Shown here in pieces: positions 1 through 12,583 of a stretch of DNA of 64,000 nt (within the stretch, counting starts at the first letter, position 1; every line of letters starts with the position of its first letter). A program made the position numbers and the translations under genes. The notes beneath the pieces are model-generated. The model was not told where the DNA came from. It did no database searches and saw nothing but the letters and a program-made list of their open reading frames with translations. The DNA is from an uncultured Dehalococcoidales bacterium (GTDB lineage: Bacteria; Chloroflexota; Dehalococcoidia; E44-bin15): assembly GCA_964448395.1 (NCBI GenBank), contig CAYUWM010000002.1, positions 4,010-68,009 on the forward strand. Direction: 5' to 3'.

Positions 1-4
1 AGCT

Positions 5-667
5 TTGGTGATAGGTACCATAGTTATCGTCGGCCCCGACACCCTGAGTCAGCTCTCCACCACGGATATGTCGGAGATGATGGCGCTGCTGGAGTCCGCG
101 GGAGTGCTCAATGCCTGGATGGGGCTGCTGCTCGCGGGGATGCTGATAGGGGAGGCGGGCATGCCCCTCGGTGCGTGGCTGTTCGGCGTGCGGAAGTACC
201 GTTGCGGCTGGCAGTCGCTGGGCTTCCGCAAATTCAACGTATGGCGCGGGCTGTCGCTATCGGCAGCAGTGGTGGGGTTAGGCATCCTGATCAGTTACCT
301 CTACGAGCTGCTGCTGGGTGGTGCCGAGATTCAGGCCTCCAACGACATGTACACAGCTCTGACCGACAGCGGTTTCGGTATGGCGACCCTCGCTATAACC
401 GCCGTCATAGTAGCCCCGTTCGCTGAGGAGGTTTTCTTCAGGGGCTTTTTGTTCACCGGGATCAGCAAGCGCTGGGGATACAGCTGGGGCGTGATCGTTA
501 GCGGGGCGCTGTTCGCCGTGGCACACGTAGGCTCTGGAGGACTGGCGCCCATCTTCATCCTCGGCATGCTGCTGGCGTGGCTGTATATCAAGACCGGCTC
601 GCTGTGGCCCTGCATACTGGCCCACTTCGCCTATAATTCCCTTGCCCTGCTGTTTATGGTAATATAA
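5..667 (+). CDS. CPBP-family intramembrane metalloprotease (CAAX protease/Abi-like) membrane protein
   Basis: Hydrophobic multi-TM protein with the EEVFFRGF...FAVAH motifs typical of the CPBP/Abi family. TTG start near the window edge, so the true 5' end may lie upstream. Confidence 0.55.
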   Translation: MVIGTIVIVGPDTLSQLSTTDMSEMMALLESAGVLNAWMGLLLAGMLIGEAGMPLGAWLFGVRKYRCGWQSLGFRKFNVWRGLSLSAAVVGLGILISYLYELLLGGAEIQASNDMYTALTDSGFGMATLAITAVIVAPFAEEVFFRGFLFTGISKRWGYSWGVIVSGALFAVAHVGSGGLAPIFILGMLLAWLYIKTGSLWPCILAHFAYNSLALLFMVI

Positions 668-689
668 TAGTGCTCTCGGAGTTAAAGGA

Positions 690-1073
690 ATGAAATGTCG
701 CGGCATTCGGGGAGCGACCACTGTGGACACCAACGCCAGAGAGGATATCCTGGCGGCCACCAGGGAGTTGCTCCAGCAGATGGTGCACGCCAACGGGGTG
801 CAGGAAGAGGATGTGGCCTGCATCCTCTTCACCACGACCTCGGACCTCAACGCTGAGTTCCCCGCAGCAGCAGCCCGCGAGCTGGGGCTATCGCATGCGC
901 CCCTGCTGTGCAGCCATGAGATAGATGTCCCCGGCAGCCTGCCAATGTGCCTGCGAGTCCTGCTCCTTTTCAATACCGAGAAGAGCGCTAAGGAGATCGA
1001 CCACGTATATATCAGGGGAGCCAAAAATTTACGACCGGCGAACAACGATAAGCCATCGGGGACGGAGGAATAG
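690..1073 (+). CDS. aroH: Monofunctional chorismate mutase, AroH class
   Basis: The 127-aa protein begins [12 protein letters not shown]... and aligns along its length with B. subtilis AroH. An AAGGA RBS precedes the ATG. Confidence 0.8.
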   Translation: MKCRGIRGATTVDTNAREDILAATRELLQQMVHANGVQEEDVACILFTTTSDLNAEFPAAAARELGLSHAPLLCSHEIDVPGSLPMCLRVLLLFNTEKSAKEIDHVYIRGAKNLRPANNDKPSGTEE

Positions 1074-1076
1074 CCA

Positions 1077-2093
1077 ATGTTCATAGTGATGAGCGCCGGA
1101 CACAGCGAGCAGGAGCTGGGAGACATCATCAGACGGCTCAAGGAGATGGGCTTCACTGGCCATGTATCCCAGGGCGTCGAGCGCACCGTTATCGGGGTGG
1201 TGGGGCAGACGTACCCCGAGCTGAAGGACACGCTGGAGACGTGGCTCGGCGTGGACGAGGTGGTGCCCATCAGCAAGCCCCACAAGCTCGCCAGCCGCGA
1301 GTTCCAGCCCATGGACACCACCATCAAGGTGGGCAGCGTCACCATCGGGGGTGACACCCTCACCGTAATGGCCGGGCCGTGCGCCGTGGAGAGCGAGCAA
1401 CAGCTCATGACGACGGCGCGCGCGGTGAAGGAGGCGGGGGCACACATCCTTCGTGGTGGCGCCTTTAAGCCATCAACCTCGCCGTACACCTTCCGCGGGC
1501 TGGGCGAGGACGGTCTGAAGCTGCTGGCACAGGCGCGCGAGGAGACCGGCATGCCCGTCGTCACCGAGGTGATGACCGTCAGGGATGTAGAGATGGTTTC
1601 CCAGTACGCCGATATACTGCAGATCGGCGCACGCAACATGCAGAACTTCAACCTGCTGGACGAGGTGGGCATGACCAAGAAGCCGGTGATGCTCAAGCGG
1701 GGACTCTCGGCCACTATACAGGAGTGGCTGCTCTCCGCTGAGTACATACTTGCTCAGGGCAACAAGAAGGTGCTGCTGTGCGCCAGGGGCATCCGCACCT
1801 TCGAGACGTATACCAGAAACACCATGGACTTGGATGCCATCCCCATAATCAAGAAGCTGAGCCACCTGCCGGTCATCGCCGACCCCAGCCACGGCACCGG
1901 CAAGTGGGAGCTGGTCACACCCATGTCCATGGCAGCGGTGGCCGCCGGGGCCGACGGATTGATGGTGGAGGTGCATCCCAGCCCGGAGACCGCGCTGAAG
2001 GACGGGCCGCAGTCGCTCAACTTCGGTAATTTCCAGCAACTGATGGCGAATATCAGGCCAATAGCAAAGGCAGTGGGGCGAGAAGTTGTCTGA
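1077..2093 (+). CDS. aroF: 3-deoxy-7-phosphoheptulonate (DAHP) synthase, type I-beta, with an N-terminal ACT/ferredoxin-like regulatory domain
   Basis: Core looks like KDO8P/DAHP synthase I-beta ([37 protein letters not shown] motifs). Directly downstream of aroH. Gene symbol is used loosely. Confidence 0.8.
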   Translation: MFIVMSAGHSEQELGDIIRRLKEMGFTGHVSQGVERTVIGVVGQTYPELKDTLETWLGVDEVVPISKPHKLASREFQPMDTTIKVGSVTIGGDTLTVMAGPCAVESEQQLMTTARAVKEAGAHILRGGAFKPSTSPYTFRGLGEDGLKLLAQAREETGMPVVTEVMTVRDVEMVSQYADILQIGARNMQNFNLLDEVGMTKKPVMLKRGLSATIQEWLLSAEYILAQGNKKVLLCARGIRTFETYTRNTMDLDAIPIIKKLSHLPVIADPSHGTGKWELVTPMSMAAVAAGADGLMVEVHPSPETALKDGPQSLNFGNFQQLMANIRPIAKAVGREVV

Positions 2094-2177
2094 TGTTACG
2101 AGCCGAGCGATAGCCATAGCCGATATCATGCATACCCTTAGCATCGATAGTTCCGAGACCCACAGGAGGTCGGGTGA

Positions 2178-5100
2178 ATGAGCCCGGAAAAGGAACGGAA
2201 GGACAAGCGCTCCCGCCCCGCCGAAGCAGCCAAGGGCAGCGGTGGAGCCAAGAGCCAGCGCGCCAAAAAAAGGCCTCAACAGCCGCGAGGCAAGCTGCGT
2301 TCCATGCTTGAATATGAGGGCGTAACCCGGTCCAAGGGGGCTAAGAAACACGAGGCGGCCACCGGAGCGAATGACCAGCAGCCGCGGCCCCGCAGCACCG
2401 GCAAATCCAAGCTGCGTGCCATGTTCGAGTACGAAGGGGTCACCCGCCAGGAGGCGCGGACCAAGGAGGCGCTGCGGGAAACAGAACAGAAGCTCCGCGT
2501 AATCCTCGACTCCATCGCCGCGGGCGTCACCATCACCGACCTCGAAGGCAACATCATCGAGATGAACAGCGGGGCGCTGCGCCTGCACGGGTTCAGCAGC
2601 AAGGAACAGGTTATCGGCAGGAACGGCCTTGAACTCATCGCCGAGAAGGACCGCGGCAGGGCCATCAAGAACTGGACGGCCAGGTTCGAAGATGATAGCG
2701 CTAAAGAGGTCTCTGACTACTATACCCTGCTGAAGGCGGATGGCAGCCAGTTCGAGGCGGCGGCCAGCGAATCGCTGCTGCGCGATAAATACGGCGAGCC
2801 CGAGGGGTTCATCACCATCGCCCGCGATATCACCGAGCGCAAGCGCGCGGAGGAGGCGGTGCGTGCGTCGGAGGCCAAGCTGCGCGCCATGTTCGAATCG
2901 ATAGAGGATGCGGTTACCATCGTGGACCTGGAGGGCAATATCCTCGAAGTGAACGACGTCATGTGCCGCATGAGCGGCTATAGCCGGGAGGAACTGATTG
3001 CGAAGAGCGGTTTCGACATTATCGATCCCCAGTACCGGGACACCATGGTGAACGACCTGCTCAAGCAGATAAAAGGGGAAGTCCCAAAAGAGGCGCCGGC
3101 CTATAAATTCTCCACCCCGGACGGCAGGGAATACTACGCCGAGCTCCACGTCAGCGTGATCCGTGACGGCACGGGGAAGGCCACCGGGTTCCTCACCATA
3201 CATAACGATGTCACCGAACGCAGGCAAATGCAGGAGGCACTGCGGGAGAGCGAGGAGCTGGCCCGTGGCATGCTGGAGAGCTCGGCAACGGGCATATATC
3301 TGGTTCAGGAACGTTTATTCCAGTACGTCAGTCCGCTGTTCACCGAGATATCCGGATATTCCAGCAGTGAACTGATAGGAACAAACCCTCTCGAATATGT
3401 ACACCCTGAAGACAGGGAGCCAGTCAGGAAAAAAGCCATAGAGAACCTGAAGGGGCGCAGCAGCCTGCCGCATGAGTTCAGGTTCATAAAGAAGGACGGC
3501 CAGCCGGTATGGGTGCTGGAGAAGGTGGCCTCTATCGAATATGGAGGCAAACGGGCGGCCATCGCCAGCTTCATGGACATCACCGAGCAGAAGCGGTCCG
3601 AGGCGGAGCTGGCGAAATCGGCGGAGAAGCTGCGCATCATCATCGAGTCCATCGGCGACATGCTGTTCGTCACCGACCTGGAGCTCAACTTTGTAAACGT
3701 CAACGATGCGGCGGTTCGGCTGCTGGGGTACAGCAAGGAGGAAGAGCTCATCGGTAAAAGCGCAGTGGAATGCATCGCCGAAAAGGACCGCTCCGGGGTG
3801 GCAGTGGACATGGGCAAGGCGCTGGCCACGCAGAGCGGCGTCGAGACGATAGGATACACCCTCCTTACCTCGGACGGGAAGGAGATCGACGCCGAGTCGA
3901 ATATAGACATTCTGCGCGACTGCTCCGGGATGGTGGTGGGGCTCATCATCACCGCGCGCGATGTTACCGAGCGCAAGCGGATGCAGGAGGCGGTGCGCGC
4001 ATCGGAAGAGAAGCTGCGCATCATGTTCGAATCCATCCACGACGGGATTGTAGTAACCGATCCGCTGGGCAGTATTATAGAAGCGAACGAAGCCACTGCC
4101 TCCATGACCGGATACCCCAGGGAGAAGCTCATCGGCATGAGCGGGCTGGATTTGATATCGCCTGAATATCATCAGATGTCCGCAGAGGTCATGGGCAAAG
4201 TTCTAGAGGGGGAACAAGCAACGGGCAACTTGGAACTCAAGTTCATTACCGCCGATGGCACGGAGATTGACGCTGAGTTCAGCACTTCCGTGATTTACGA
4301 TGGAGACGGGAATGCTACCGGCTTCGTGAGCATCGCCCGGGACATAGGGGAGCGCAAGCGGATGGAGGCCGAACTGGAGAAATCGGCGGAGAAGCTGCGG
4401 CTGGTAATCGAATCCATCGGCGACATGCTGTTCATCACCGACCTGGACCTCAATTTCTCCAACGTGAACGAGGCAGCGGTGCGGCAGCTGGGGTACACCG
4501 CACAGGAGGAGCTTGCGGGCAAGAACGCCATAGAGTCCGTGGTGGAGGAAGACCGCACCCGGGTGGCGATAGAGCTGGGGAAAGCGCTGGCAGAGGAACA
4601 CGGCATCGAGATTATGGAGTATTCCCTGAAGTCAGCGGACGGGCGGAGGTTCGATGTGGAGGCCAATGCCGAGATACTGCGCGACTGCTCGGGGATGGTG
4701 GTGGGACTCATCATCTCCGCCCGCGATGTCACCGAGCGCAAGCAGATGCAGGAGGCTATACGGGACTCCGAGGAGAAGCTGCATGGCATATTCGACACCA
4801 TACCTGACGGCATCACCTTCACCGACATGACAGGCACCATCCTGGAGCTTAATGAGGCAATGGTCAACATGTACGGGCACAGCAACAAGGAGGAGCTTAT
4901 CGGCAGGAACGCCATCGATTTCATCGTCGATGAATACCGCGACACGGTTGTGCTGCTCGGGATGGAAGCGATCAAAGAGGGTCACGATATCAACAGGATA
5001 GAGTATCGGCTTGTCAACGCATCTGGTAAGCAGTTCGACGTCGAGCTGTACGCTGCTCCCCTGCGCGACAGTTCAGGGGAACCGGTGGCATGGGTCAACG

Positions 5101-8100
5101 TGTCGCGGGACATCACCGAGCGCAAGCGGGCGGAGGATGCGGTGCGGGAATCGGAGCAGAGGTTCCGCTTGATATTCGAATCCATCGTGGACGGGCTCAC
5201 CGTCACTGACCTCAACGGCAACATTGTCGATATAAATGAGGCGGCGCTCCAATTACACGGGTACAGCGAGAAGCAGGAGATCATCGGGAAAAACACCATC
5301 GAGTATATGGTTGCCGAGGCGGACCGCAAGCGGACGGTAGAGGAGGCGCTGGAGGCCATCGGGCAGGATCGTCCCCTGTCGCGGGCGGAGTACAGGCTGC
5401 AGAGGGCGGATGGGACCGAGTTCGACGGAGAGTTCAGCACCGCCATACTGCGGGATGCCTCCGGTAAGGCAACCGGACATATCGGTATGACGCGGGACAT
5501 CACCGAGCGCAGGCAGGCGGAGGAAGCGATACGCCAGTCGGAGGAGAAACTGCGCATCATGTTCGAATCCATGCGCGATGCCATCGTCCTCACCGACACC
5601 ACCGGTACCATCGTGGAAGTTAATGACGCCACAGTTAAAATGCACGGCTTCGGCAGCAGGGAAGAGATCATCGGCAGAAACGGTATCGAGCTGGTCGCCG
5701 AGAGCGACCGCAAAAAGGTGGCGGAGGCAGCAATAAATCAATCTAAAGGTGAGACGGCCGAAGGACTTATAGAACACCATCTGCTCCTGCGAGCGGACGG
5801 CACCGAGTTCGAGTCCGAGTCCAGCCGCGCAGTACTGCAAGATACCAATGGGAAGACCACCGGGTTCATCGCCGTGGAGCGGGATATCTCCGAACGCAGG
5901 CAAATGGAGCGGGAACTGCTGGAGTCGGCGCAGAAGATACGCCTGGTATTCGAGTCTCTCGGTGACGGGGTCAGTGTAACCGATATGCAGGGCAACCTCA
6001 TAGAGGTCAACGAGGCGGCAGTGCACCTGCACGGATACCGCCGCAAGGAAGAGCTCATCGGCAGGAACGGGCTCGAGCTGGTTGCCGAGGATGACCGCAA
6101 GAGGTGTATGCAGAACGCGCTGCACGCGGCGGAAACGGGTGAGATCCAGTACAGGATGGAGTACAAAATGCTGCGAAAGGGCGCCCGGGAGTTCGACGCT
6201 GATTACACCCTGGCGCCGCTGAAGGACAGCAGTGGAAACATAACCGGCTTCATCGCCATCGTCCGCGACGTAACCGGGCAAAAGCAGGCGGCACAGGCAT
6301 TGGAAGAGAGCGAGTCCAGGTTCCGGGCTCTTGTCGAGAACATGAGCAGCGCCGTCGCAGTATATGAAGTCAAGAACAAGGGGAAGGACTTCATCTTCAA
6401 AGACTTGAATAGCGCCGGGGAGAGGATATCTGACCTGAAGAAAGAGGACATCTTAGATAAGAACTTAGTAGATGTCTTCCCTAACATCAAGAAGGGCGGG
6501 CTTTATCAGGCGATGCGACGGGTATGGAAGACTGGCAAGCCGGAGCATGTCCCGCCCACACTTTACAGGGACGATCGTATATCGGGATGGCGCGAGAACT
6601 ACATCTACAAGCTGCCCACCGGGGAGGTGGTCGCGGTTTACGACGACGTCACCGAGCGCATTCGGGCGGAGGAGGCGCTGCGGGAATCGGGGGAGAAGCT
6701 ACGCACCATGTTCGATTCCACCAATGACTCGTTCATCATCACCGATCTGGAGACCAATGTTGTAGACGTTAACGAGGCAACCCTGCGCACATTCGGTTAC
6801 AGCAAGGAAGAGCTTATCGGGAAAAAGGGCTTCGACCTGATAGCGCCCGAGGACCTGGAAAAGGCTATGGAACCCATGAGCCAGGCGCTGGAAGCGGGGA
6901 AGCCGATGGACAGGATGGAGCTTTCCATCATATGTGGAGACGGGCGTAAGCTGGAGACCGACTTCAGCATCTCCGCGCTGCACGACAGCGCCGGGAATAC
7001 AACCGGGTTCGTCGCCGCTGCCCGCGACATCACCGAGCGCAAACGGGCAGAGGAGGCACTGCGGGAATCGGAGGAGAAGCTGCGTACCATGTTCGAGTCC
7101 ACCAGCGACGGTATCTTGGTCACCGACCCCACACTCAGCATCATACAGACGAACGAGGCCGCCGCACGGATGCTGGGCTTCGCCAGCAAGGAAGCCATGG
7201 TCGGCCAGAGCGCGCTGCCGTATATGTCAGCCGGGACCCGTGGCCCCGCCGGTGCGGAAGACAACGGTGACGGCAAGGTACAGGTCGAGTTCAGCGTCAG
7301 CCAGTTACGTGACAGTTTTGGGAATACTTCGGGCTTTATCGCCGTCGCCCGTGACGTAACCGAACGCAAGAAGGCTGAGGCGCAGCTGAAGAAGATGCTG
7401 CAGGATCTGGAACGATCCAACGCCGAACTGGAGCAGTTCGCCTACATCGCCTCCCACGACCTGCAGGAACCGCTGCGCATGATCTCCAGCTATACACAGC
7501 TGATAGGTCGCCGTTATAAGGGCAAGCTGGATGCCGACGGCGAGGAGTTCATCGAATACGCCGTGGACGGGGCCACCCGCATGCAGGACAGGATCCAGGC
7601 CCTGTTGACCTACTCACGGGTGGGGACGAGGGGCAAGGAGTTCGAGCCCATCGACTGCGAAGATGTGCTAAATGAGGCGCTCGCCAATCTACAGGTAGCG
7701 ATCAAGAAGAGCGATGCGGTAATTACCCACGACCCCCTGCCGACCGTAACCGCCGACGGCATTCAGATGGTGCAGCTGTTCCAGAACCTGATCGAGAACG
7801 GCATCAAGTTCCACGACCAGAATCAACCGCAGGTCCACATCTCCGCCAAAGAGCAGGATGAAGACTGGCTATTCTCCTTCCGCGACAACGGCATCGGCAT
7901 CGACCCGGAGTATAAGGACCGCATCTTCCTGATATTCAAGCGACTGCATGCCAAGGGGGAGTTTGCCGGCACCGGCGTGGGTCTGGCGCTGTGCAAGAAG
8001 ATCGTGGAACGCCACGGCGGGAAGATATGGGTGGAGTCCGAGGTGGGCAAGGGCGCCACCTTTTGCTTCACTATCCCCACAGAAAGAAAGGAGGAAGATA

Positions 8101-8108
8101 ATGAATGA
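2178..8108 (+). CDS. Giant cytoplasmic multi-PAS sensor histidine kinase (about 14 PAS modules, then HisKA and HATPase_c)
   Basis: 1976 aa. PAS units of about 125 aa are separated by the recurring linker [25 protein letters not shown]. C-terminus carries the [15 protein letters not shown]-box and the N/G1/G2 ATPase motifs. No TM segments. N-terminus is Lys/Arg-rich and low-complexity. Confidence 0.85.
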   Translation: MSPEKERKDKRSRPAEAAKGSGGAKSQRAKKRPQQPRGKLRSMLEYEGVTRSKGAKKHEAATGANDQQPRPRSTGKSKLRAMFEYEGVTRQEARTKEALRETEQKLRVILDSIAAGVTITDLEGNIIEMNSGALRLHGFSSKEQVIGRNGLELIAEKDRGRAIKNWTARFEDDSAKEVSDYYTLLKADGSQFEAAASESLLRDKYGEPEGFITIARDITERKRAEEAVRASEAKLRAMFESIEDAVTIVDLEGNILEVNDVMCRMSGYSREELIAKSGFDIIDPQYRDTMVNDLLKQIKGEVPKEAPAYKFSTPDGREYYAELHVSVIRDGTGKATGFLTIHNDVTERRQMQEALRESEELARGMLESSATGIYLVQERLFQYVSPLFTEISGYSSSELIGTNPLEYVHPEDREPVRKKAIENLKGRSSLPHEFRFIKKDGQPVWVLEKVASIEYGGKRAAIASFMDITEQKRSEAELAKSAEKLRIIIESIGDMLFVTDLELNFVNVNDAAVRLLGYSKEEELIGKSAVECIAEKDRSGVAVDMGKALATQSGVETIGYTLLTSDGKEIDAESNIDILRDCSGMVVGLIITARDVTERKRMQEAVRASEEKLRIMFESIHDGIVVTDPLGSIIEANEATASMTGYPREKLIGMSGLDLISPEYHQMSAEVMGKVLEGEQATGNLELKFITADGTEIDAEFSTSVIYDGDGNATGFVSIARDIGERKRMEAELEKSAEKLRLVIESIGDMLFITDLDLNFSNVNEAAVRQLGYTAQEELAGKNAIESVVEEDRTRVAIELGKALAEEHGIEIMEYSLKSADGRRFDVEANAEILRDCSGMVVGLIISARDVTERKQMQEAIRDSEEKLHGIFDTIPDGITFTDMTGTILELNEAMVNMYGHSNKEELIGRNAIDFIVDEYRDTVVLLGMEAIKEGHDINRIEYRLVNASGKQFDVELYAAPLRDSSGEPVAWVNVSRDITERKRAEDAVRESEQRFRLIFESIVDGLTVTDLNGNIVDINEAALQLHGYSEKQEIIGKNTIEYMVAEADRKRTVEEALEAIGQDRPLSRAEYRLQRADGTEFDGEFSTAILRDASGKATGHIGMTRDITERRQAEEAIRQSEEKLRIMFESMRDAIVLTDTTGTIVEVNDATVKMHGFGSREEIIGRNGIELVAESDRKKVAEAAINQSKGETAEGLIEHHLLLRADGTEFESESSRAVLQDTNGKTTGFIAVERDISERRQMERELLESAQKIRLVFESLGDGVSVTDMQGNLIEVNEAAVHLHGYRRKEELIGRNGLELVAEDDRKRCMQNALHAAETGEIQYRMEYKMLRKGAREFDADYTLAPLKDSSGNITGFIAIVRDVTGQKQAAQALEESESRFRALVENMSSAVAVYEVKNKGKDFIFKDLNSAGERISDLKKEDILDKNLVDVFPNIKKGGLYQAMRRVWKTGKPEHVPPTLYRDDRISGWRENYIYKLPTGEVVAVYDDVTERIRAEEALRESGEKLRTMFDSTNDSFIITDLETNVVDVNEATLRTFGYSKEELIGKKGFDLIAPEDLEKAMEPMSQALEAGKPMDRMELSIICGDGRKLETDFSISALHDSAGNTTGFVAAARDITERKRAEEALRESEEKLRTMFESTSDGILVTDPTLSIIQTNEAAARMLGFASKEAMVGQSALPYMSAGTRGPAGAEDNGDGKVQVEFSVSQLRDSFGNTSGFIAVARDVTERKKAEAQLKKMLQDLERSNAELEQFAYIASHDLQEPLRMISSYTQLIGRRYKGKLDADGEEFIEYAVDGATRMQDRIQALLTYSRVGTRGKEFEPIDCEDVLNEALANLQVAIKKSDAVITHDPLPTVTADGIQMVQLFQNLIENGIKFHDQNQPQVHISAKEQDEDWLFSFRDNGIGIDPEYKDRIFLIFKRLHAKGEFAGTGVGLALCKKIVERHGGKIWVESEVGKGATFCFTIPTERKEEDNE

Positions 8109-8547
8109 ACAGGAAAGAACCACACCCGTTGAGATCCTGCTGGTTGAGGATAACCCCGGCGATGTCCGCCTGACCCAGGAGGCCCTCAAGGAGAGCAAGG
8201 TCACCAACAACCTCAGCGTGGCCGAGGACGGCGTAGAGGCGCTCGCTTTCCTCAAGCGCGAGGGCAAGTACGCCGATGCGCCACGCCCCGACCTGCTCCT
8301 GTTGGACCTCAACCTGCCCAAGAAGGACGGGAGAGAGCTTCTGGAGGAGATCAAGGCCAATGAGAACCTCAGGCGTATCCCGGTGGTGGTGCTCACCACC
8401 TCCAAGGCAGAGGAGGACATCCTCAGGATGTACAATCAGCACGCCAACTGCTACATCACCAAGCCCATCGACTTCGACCAGTTCATCGAAGTGATAAAGT
8501 CCATCGAAAATTTCTGGCTCACCATCGTGAAACTTCCCACGGATTAG
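7419..8547 (+). repeat. Segmental duplication, copy A (kinase C-terminal core plus receiver gene)
   Basis: Matches 11434-12561. The kinase-core part is about 80% identical at protein level and the receiver part about 95% at nucleotide level. The stop/start overlap is shared. Confidence 0.8.
8101..8547 (+). CDS. Stand-alone receiver (CheY-like) response regulator with no output domain
   Basis: The ATG at 8101 overlaps the kinase stop (ATGAATGA). REC motifs are present ([26 protein letters not shown]). The longer ORF from 7948 is a frame artefact. Confidence 0.8.
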   Translation: MNEQERTTPVEILLVEDNPGDVRLTQEALKESKVTNNLSVAEDGVEALAFLKREGKYADAPRPDLLLLDLNLPKKDGRELLEEIKANENLRRIPVVVLTTSKAEEDILRMYNQHANCYITKPIDFDQFIEVIKSIENFWLTIVKLPTD

Positions 8548-8610
8548 AACCGCTCGGCGCCTCAAATCTGCCTTGAGGGGGCTCCAGGGGGGATACTGCC
8601 CCACGGCGTG

Positions 8611-8638
8611 TTGACAAAGACGCCGAATGGTATATTAT
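8611..8638 (+). promoter_or_regulatory. Sigma-70-like promoter, TTGACA-16 nt-TATTAT, upstream of the second kinase
   Basis: Read directly in the 146-nt intergenic region, about 55 nt upstream of the 8694 ATG. A weak hairpin (CCTCAA..TTGAGG) lies just before it. Confidence 0.4.
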
Positions 8639-8693
8639 ATAACCTGCCGAGAGTTGCCTTCAGTTATATAGAGAGCTATGTAAGGTCAATGGA

Positions 8694-11600
8694 ATGAGCA
8701 AGGATAAAGCTCAAAAAGACAAGCATTCCGGAGCTAGCGACGACAGGGCTGCTGTTACCACCAAACAGCGGGCCGATGAAGCATGGCTGAGCCCGGAGGA
8801 GAAGCTGCGCATTATCTTCGACTCCATCACGGATGGTATAACCATCACCGACCTTATGGGCAATATTACTGACGTTAATGAAGCTGCGGTACGAATGGGC
8901 GGCTTCAGCGACCGGGAAGAGCAGATCGGGAGGAACGGCATTGAATTTGTAGCACCCCGAGACCGCGCTAGGGCTATAGAGGAATTTACCAGAGTGCTTA
9001 ATGAGGGAAGCGGCAGCGGCACGGTGGAGTATACCATCGTTGGTGCTGGCGGACATGAAGTTGAGGCCGAGGTCAGCATCACCCTGTTGCGGGACGGTTC
9101 GGGTAAGCCAGTGGGGTACATCAACGTGTCCCGCGATATCACCGACCGCAAGCAGATGGAAGAGGTGCTCATCGCCTCCGAGGAGAAGCTGCATACCATA
9201 TTCGAATCGATGAACGACGCCCTCACCGTCATGGACCTGAACGGAACAATCACCGACGTAAACGAGGCAGCGGTAGAGTTGCATGGTTTCACTTTCAAGA
9301 AGGAGCTCATCGGTCGAAAAGCACTGGACTTCGTTGCCGAGAAGGACCGCGCCAAGGCCCTGGATAATACCAAACAGATATACAAAGAGGGTCGTGGCAA
9401 TGCCATAGAGTATACCCTGCTCACCAACGATGGCAGGGAGATAGAGGCCGAGTTCAGTGCCGCTTTGCTGCATGATAATATCGGGAAGCCTTCCGGGTTC
9501 ATCGCCGTTTCCCGCGATATCACCGAGCGTAAGCGTATGGAGGAGGATCTGCGCAAGACTGCGGAGAAGCTGCGTATCATGTTCGAAACCATCGGTGATA
9601 TGTTCATCGTCACCGATATGGAACTGGATATAGTAAACGCTAATGAGGCCGCGGCCCAGCTGCTGGGGTTCAGCAACAGCGAGGAATTAACCGGCAATAA
9701 TATCACCAAGCTCATATCCAAGGGAGACCGCACGGTAGCCACAAAGACACTCAAGCAGACACTGAAAACCAAAAAGGGAAGCGGCACAGCGAGCATAGAG
9801 TGCAGATTTATCTCAGCCGGCGGCAAAGAGATTGATGCCGCCATTACCACCGACTTGCTGCGCGACTGTGGCGGTAAGCCGATGGGCCTCACTATCACCG
9901 GACGGGACATAACCGAGCGCAAACGGATGATGGAACAATTGCGCGATTCCGAGGAGAAAAAGCGCCTTCTATTTGAATCGATCAAAGATGGGATCATGGT
10001 GGTCGACCTGACGGGCAAGGTGATTGAAGCAAACGAGGTATCCGTAAGATCGCTGGGATACACCAGAGAAGAGCTTATCGGCATCGACAGCCTGTCCTTT
10101 GTAGCTAAAAAAGACCGTGATAGAGGGGTCGAGAATGCTATAAAGCTGATAAGTGCCGGTGTGGCGGATGATTACATCGATTACACCACACTGTCACTCC
10201 TAACCAAGGATGGCAGAGAGGTCGAGGTGGAGCACAGCACCGCCCTGATGCGTGACAGTTCGGGGCATCCAATGGCGATAATCGGCATCTCACATGATAT
10301 CACCGAACGCAAACGGGCGGAGGAAGCCCTGCGTCAATCGGAGGAGAAGCTGCGTCTTACATTTGAAGCCATAGGGGACGCACTTACTGTTACCGACCTG
10401 GAAGGCAATATCATAGAAGTTAATGAACTGGCATACAGCAAAGCCGGGTACGACAGCAAAGAGGAATTCATAGGTAAAAATGGCTTCGATATGGTATCGC
10501 CAGAAGACCGCGACCGGATATCGAAAGACATAGTTAAAGCGATTAAAGAGGGCCGCAACTCGTTAACGATGGAGTGCACGTTTCATCCCATCAAAGGCGA
10601 TGATTACGAGGCTGAACTGACGATGAGCGTGATACGGGATACAGATGGCAACCCTACGGGATTCATCGCCACCTCACGTGACATCACCGAGCGCAAGCGT
10701 GCGGAGGAGGCGGTACGAGCCTCCGAGGAGAAGCTGCTCGGCATATTTGACACCATTCCCGACGGCGTTGCCTTTACCGATATGACGGGCAGCATCTTGG
10801 AGCTGAACGAAGCCATGGTCCGCATGTACGGACACAGCAGTAAGAAAGACCTCATAGGCAGAAATGCCATCGACTTCGTCGCCGAGGAATACCGTGACAC
10901 GGTTACGCTGTTAGGGCTACAGGCGATCAAAGAGGGACGCCATATCAACCGGGTGGAGTACAGGCTTGTCAACGAAGCTGGTGAAGGGTTTGATGTTGAG
11001 CTGTACGCCGCTCCGCTGCGTGACAGCTCAGGGGAACCGATTGCGTGGGTCAACGTTTCACGGGATGTAACGGAGCGCAAGAAGGCCGACCAAGCGATAC
11101 GCCAATCGGAGGAGACGCTACGCCTCATGTTCGAGTCCACCAGCGACGGGATAGTCATCACCAATCCCGCACTTACCATTATCGAAGCGAATGCGGCAGC
11201 GCCCCGCCTGCTGGGATACGGCGGCAAGGAAGAGCTCATCGGCAAGAGCGCCATCCCGTTCATGTCCGCCGAGACAGAAGCGGACAGCGAGTTGCACACC
11301 GAGTTCAGCGTCAGCCAGTTGCGCGACAGTGCCGGAAATACGACCGGGTTTATCGGCATCTGCCGTGACATCACCGAGCGCAAGCGCGCCGAGAGAAAGC
11401 TGAAGGAAACGCTGGAAGAGCTGGGACGCTCAAACCAGGAACTGGAGCAGTTCGCTTATGTTGCCTCCCACGACCTGCAGGAACCGCTGCGGATGGTATC
11501 GAGCTATACCCAGCTGCTGGCGAGGCGATATAAAGGCAAGCTGGAACCCGACGCCGACGAGTTCATCGAGTTCGCCGTGGACGGCTCCAACCGGATGATG

Positions 11601-12122
11601 GCAATGATCCAGGCCCTGTTAACCTATTCGCGGGTGGGAACGCGGGGCAAGGAGTTCGAGCTCACCGACTGCGAGGATGTGCTCAGCAAAGCGCTTTCCA
11701 ACCTGCAGGTGGCGATCGAGGAGAAGGGCGCGGAGGTGACCCACGATCCACTACCGACCATTCTAGGCGACGACACACAGTTGCTTCAGTTGTTCCAGAA
11801 CCTGATCGGCAACGCTGTCAAGTTCTGCGATGAAGAGCATCCCAGCGTTCATGTCTCCGCCAAAGAGCAGGACGAGGACTGGCTCTTCTCCTTCCGCGAC
11901 AACGGTATCGGCATTGACCCGCAGTTCAAAGACCGCATATTCGTGATCTTCCAGCGTCTGCACGGCAAGGGAGAGTACAAGGGCACCGGCATAGGCCTGG
12001 CGGTCTGCAAGAGGATCGTGGAACGCCACGGCGGCAAGATCTGGGTGGAGTCCGAGCCGGGCAAGGGCGCCACCTTTTACTTCACTATCCCCACAGAAAG
12101 AGAGGAGGATGATAATGAATGA
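8694..12122 (+). CDS. Multi-PAS sensor histidine kinase (about 8 PAS modules, then HisKA and HATPase_c), paralog of the 2178-8108 kinase
   Basis: 1142 aa with the same PAS linker grammar. The C-terminal kinase core is about 80% identical to the first kinase. Confidence 0.85.
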   Translation: MSKDKAQKDKHSGASDDRAAVTTKQRADEAWLSPEEKLRIIFDSITDGITITDLMGNITDVNEAAVRMGGFSDREEQIGRNGIEFVAPRDRARAIEEFTRVLNEGSGSGTVEYTIVGAGGHEVEAEVSITLLRDGSGKPVGYINVSRDITDRKQMEEVLIASEEKLHTIFESMNDALTVMDLNGTITDVNEAAVELHGFTFKKELIGRKALDFVAEKDRAKALDNTKQIYKEGRGNAIEYTLLTNDGREIEAEFSAALLHDNIGKPSGFIAVSRDITERKRMEEDLRKTAEKLRIMFETIGDMFIVTDMELDIVNANEAAAQLLGFSNSEELTGNNITKLISKGDRTVATKTLKQTLKTKKGSGTASIECRFISAGGKEIDAAITTDLLRDCGGKPMGLTITGRDITERKRMMEQLRDSEEKKRLLFESIKDGIMVVDLTGKVIEANEVSVRSLGYTREELIGIDSLSFVAKKDRDRGVENAIKLISAGVADDYIDYTTLSLLTKDGREVEVEHSTALMRDSSGHPMAIIGISHDITERKRAEEALRQSEEKLRLTFEAIGDALTVTDLEGNIIEVNELAYSKAGYDSKEEFIGKNGFDMVSPEDRDRISKDIVKAIKEGRNSLTMECTFHPIKGDDYEAELTMSVIRDTDGNPTGFIATSRDITERKRAEEAVRASEEKLLGIFDTIPDGVAFTDMTGSILELNEAMVRMYGHSSKKDLIGRNAIDFVAEEYRDTVTLLGLQAIKEGRHINRVEYRLVNEAGEGFDVELYAAPLRDSSGEPIAWVNVSRDVTERKKADQAIRQSEETLRLMFESTSDGIVITNPALTIIEANAAAPRLLGYGGKEELIGKSAIPFMSAETEADSELHTEFSVSQLRDSAGNTTGFIGICRDITERKRAERKLKETLEELGRSNQELEQFAYVASHDLQEPLRMVSSYTQLLARRYKGKLEPDADEFIEFAVDGSNRMMAMIQALLTYSRVGTRGKEFELTDCEDVLSKALSNLQVAIEEKGAEVTHDPLPTILGDDTQLLQLFQNLIGNAVKFCDEEHPSVHVSAKEQDEDWLFSFRDNGIGIDPQFKDRIFVIFQRLHGKGEYKGTGIGLAVCKRIVERHGGKIWVESEPGKGATFYFTIPTEREEDDNE

Positions 12123-12561
12123 ACAGAAAAGAAGCACACCCGTTGAGATTCTGCTGGTTGAGGATAACCCCGGTGACGTCCGCCTGACCCAGGAGGCCCT
12201 CAAGGAGAGCAAGGTAACCAACAACCTCAGCGTGGCCGAGGACGGCGTAGAGGCGCTCGCTTTCCTCAAGCGCGAGGGCAAGTACGCCGATGCGCCACGC
12301 CCCGACCTGCTCCTGTTGGACCTCAACCTGCCCAAGAAGGACGGGAGAGAGCTTCTGGAGGAGATCAAGGCCGATGAGAACCTCAGGCGCATCCCGGTGG
12401 TGGTGCTCACCACCTCCAAGGCGGAGGAGGACATCCTCAGGATGTACGACCAGCACGCCAACTGCTATATCACCAAGCCCATCGACTTCGACCAGTTCAT
12501 CGAGGTGGTGAAATCTATCGAGGACTTCTGGCTCACAATCGTGAAACTGCCCACGGAATAA
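11434..12561 (+). repeat. Segmental duplication, copy B (kinase C-terminal core plus receiver gene)
   Basis: See copy A. Confidence 0.8.
12115..12561 (+). CDS. Stand-alone receiver (CheY-like) response regulator, near-identical copy of 8101-8547
   Basis: Same ATGAATGA overlap with the upstream kinase stop. About 95% nucleotide identity to the first receiver. An alternative ATG lies at 12109. Confidence 0.8.
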   Translation: MNEQKRSTPVEILLVEDNPGDVRLTQEALKESKVTNNLSVAEDGVEALAFLKREGKYADAPRPDLLLLDLNLPKKDGRELLEEIKADENLRRIPVVVLTTSKAEEDILRMYDQHANCYITKPIDFDQFIEVVKSIEDFWLTIVKLPTE

Positions 12562-12583
12562 ATCGGGAGAGGAGGGCAAGGTC

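Noticed and set aside
2276-7420. Many long antisense or alternative-frame ORFs (up to 342 aa) inside the histidine-kinase genes
   Set aside because: They are typical stop-codon-poor frames in GC-rich, repetitive coding DNA. The sense-strand PAS/kinase reading is unambiguous and the antisense translations are low-complexity.
7948-8547. Longer 199-aa version of the first receiver gene
   Set aside because: The N-terminal 51 aa overlap the kinase C-terminus in another frame and are Arg/Trp/Pro-rich. The conserved ATGAATGA junction in both copies supports the 8101 and 12115 starts.
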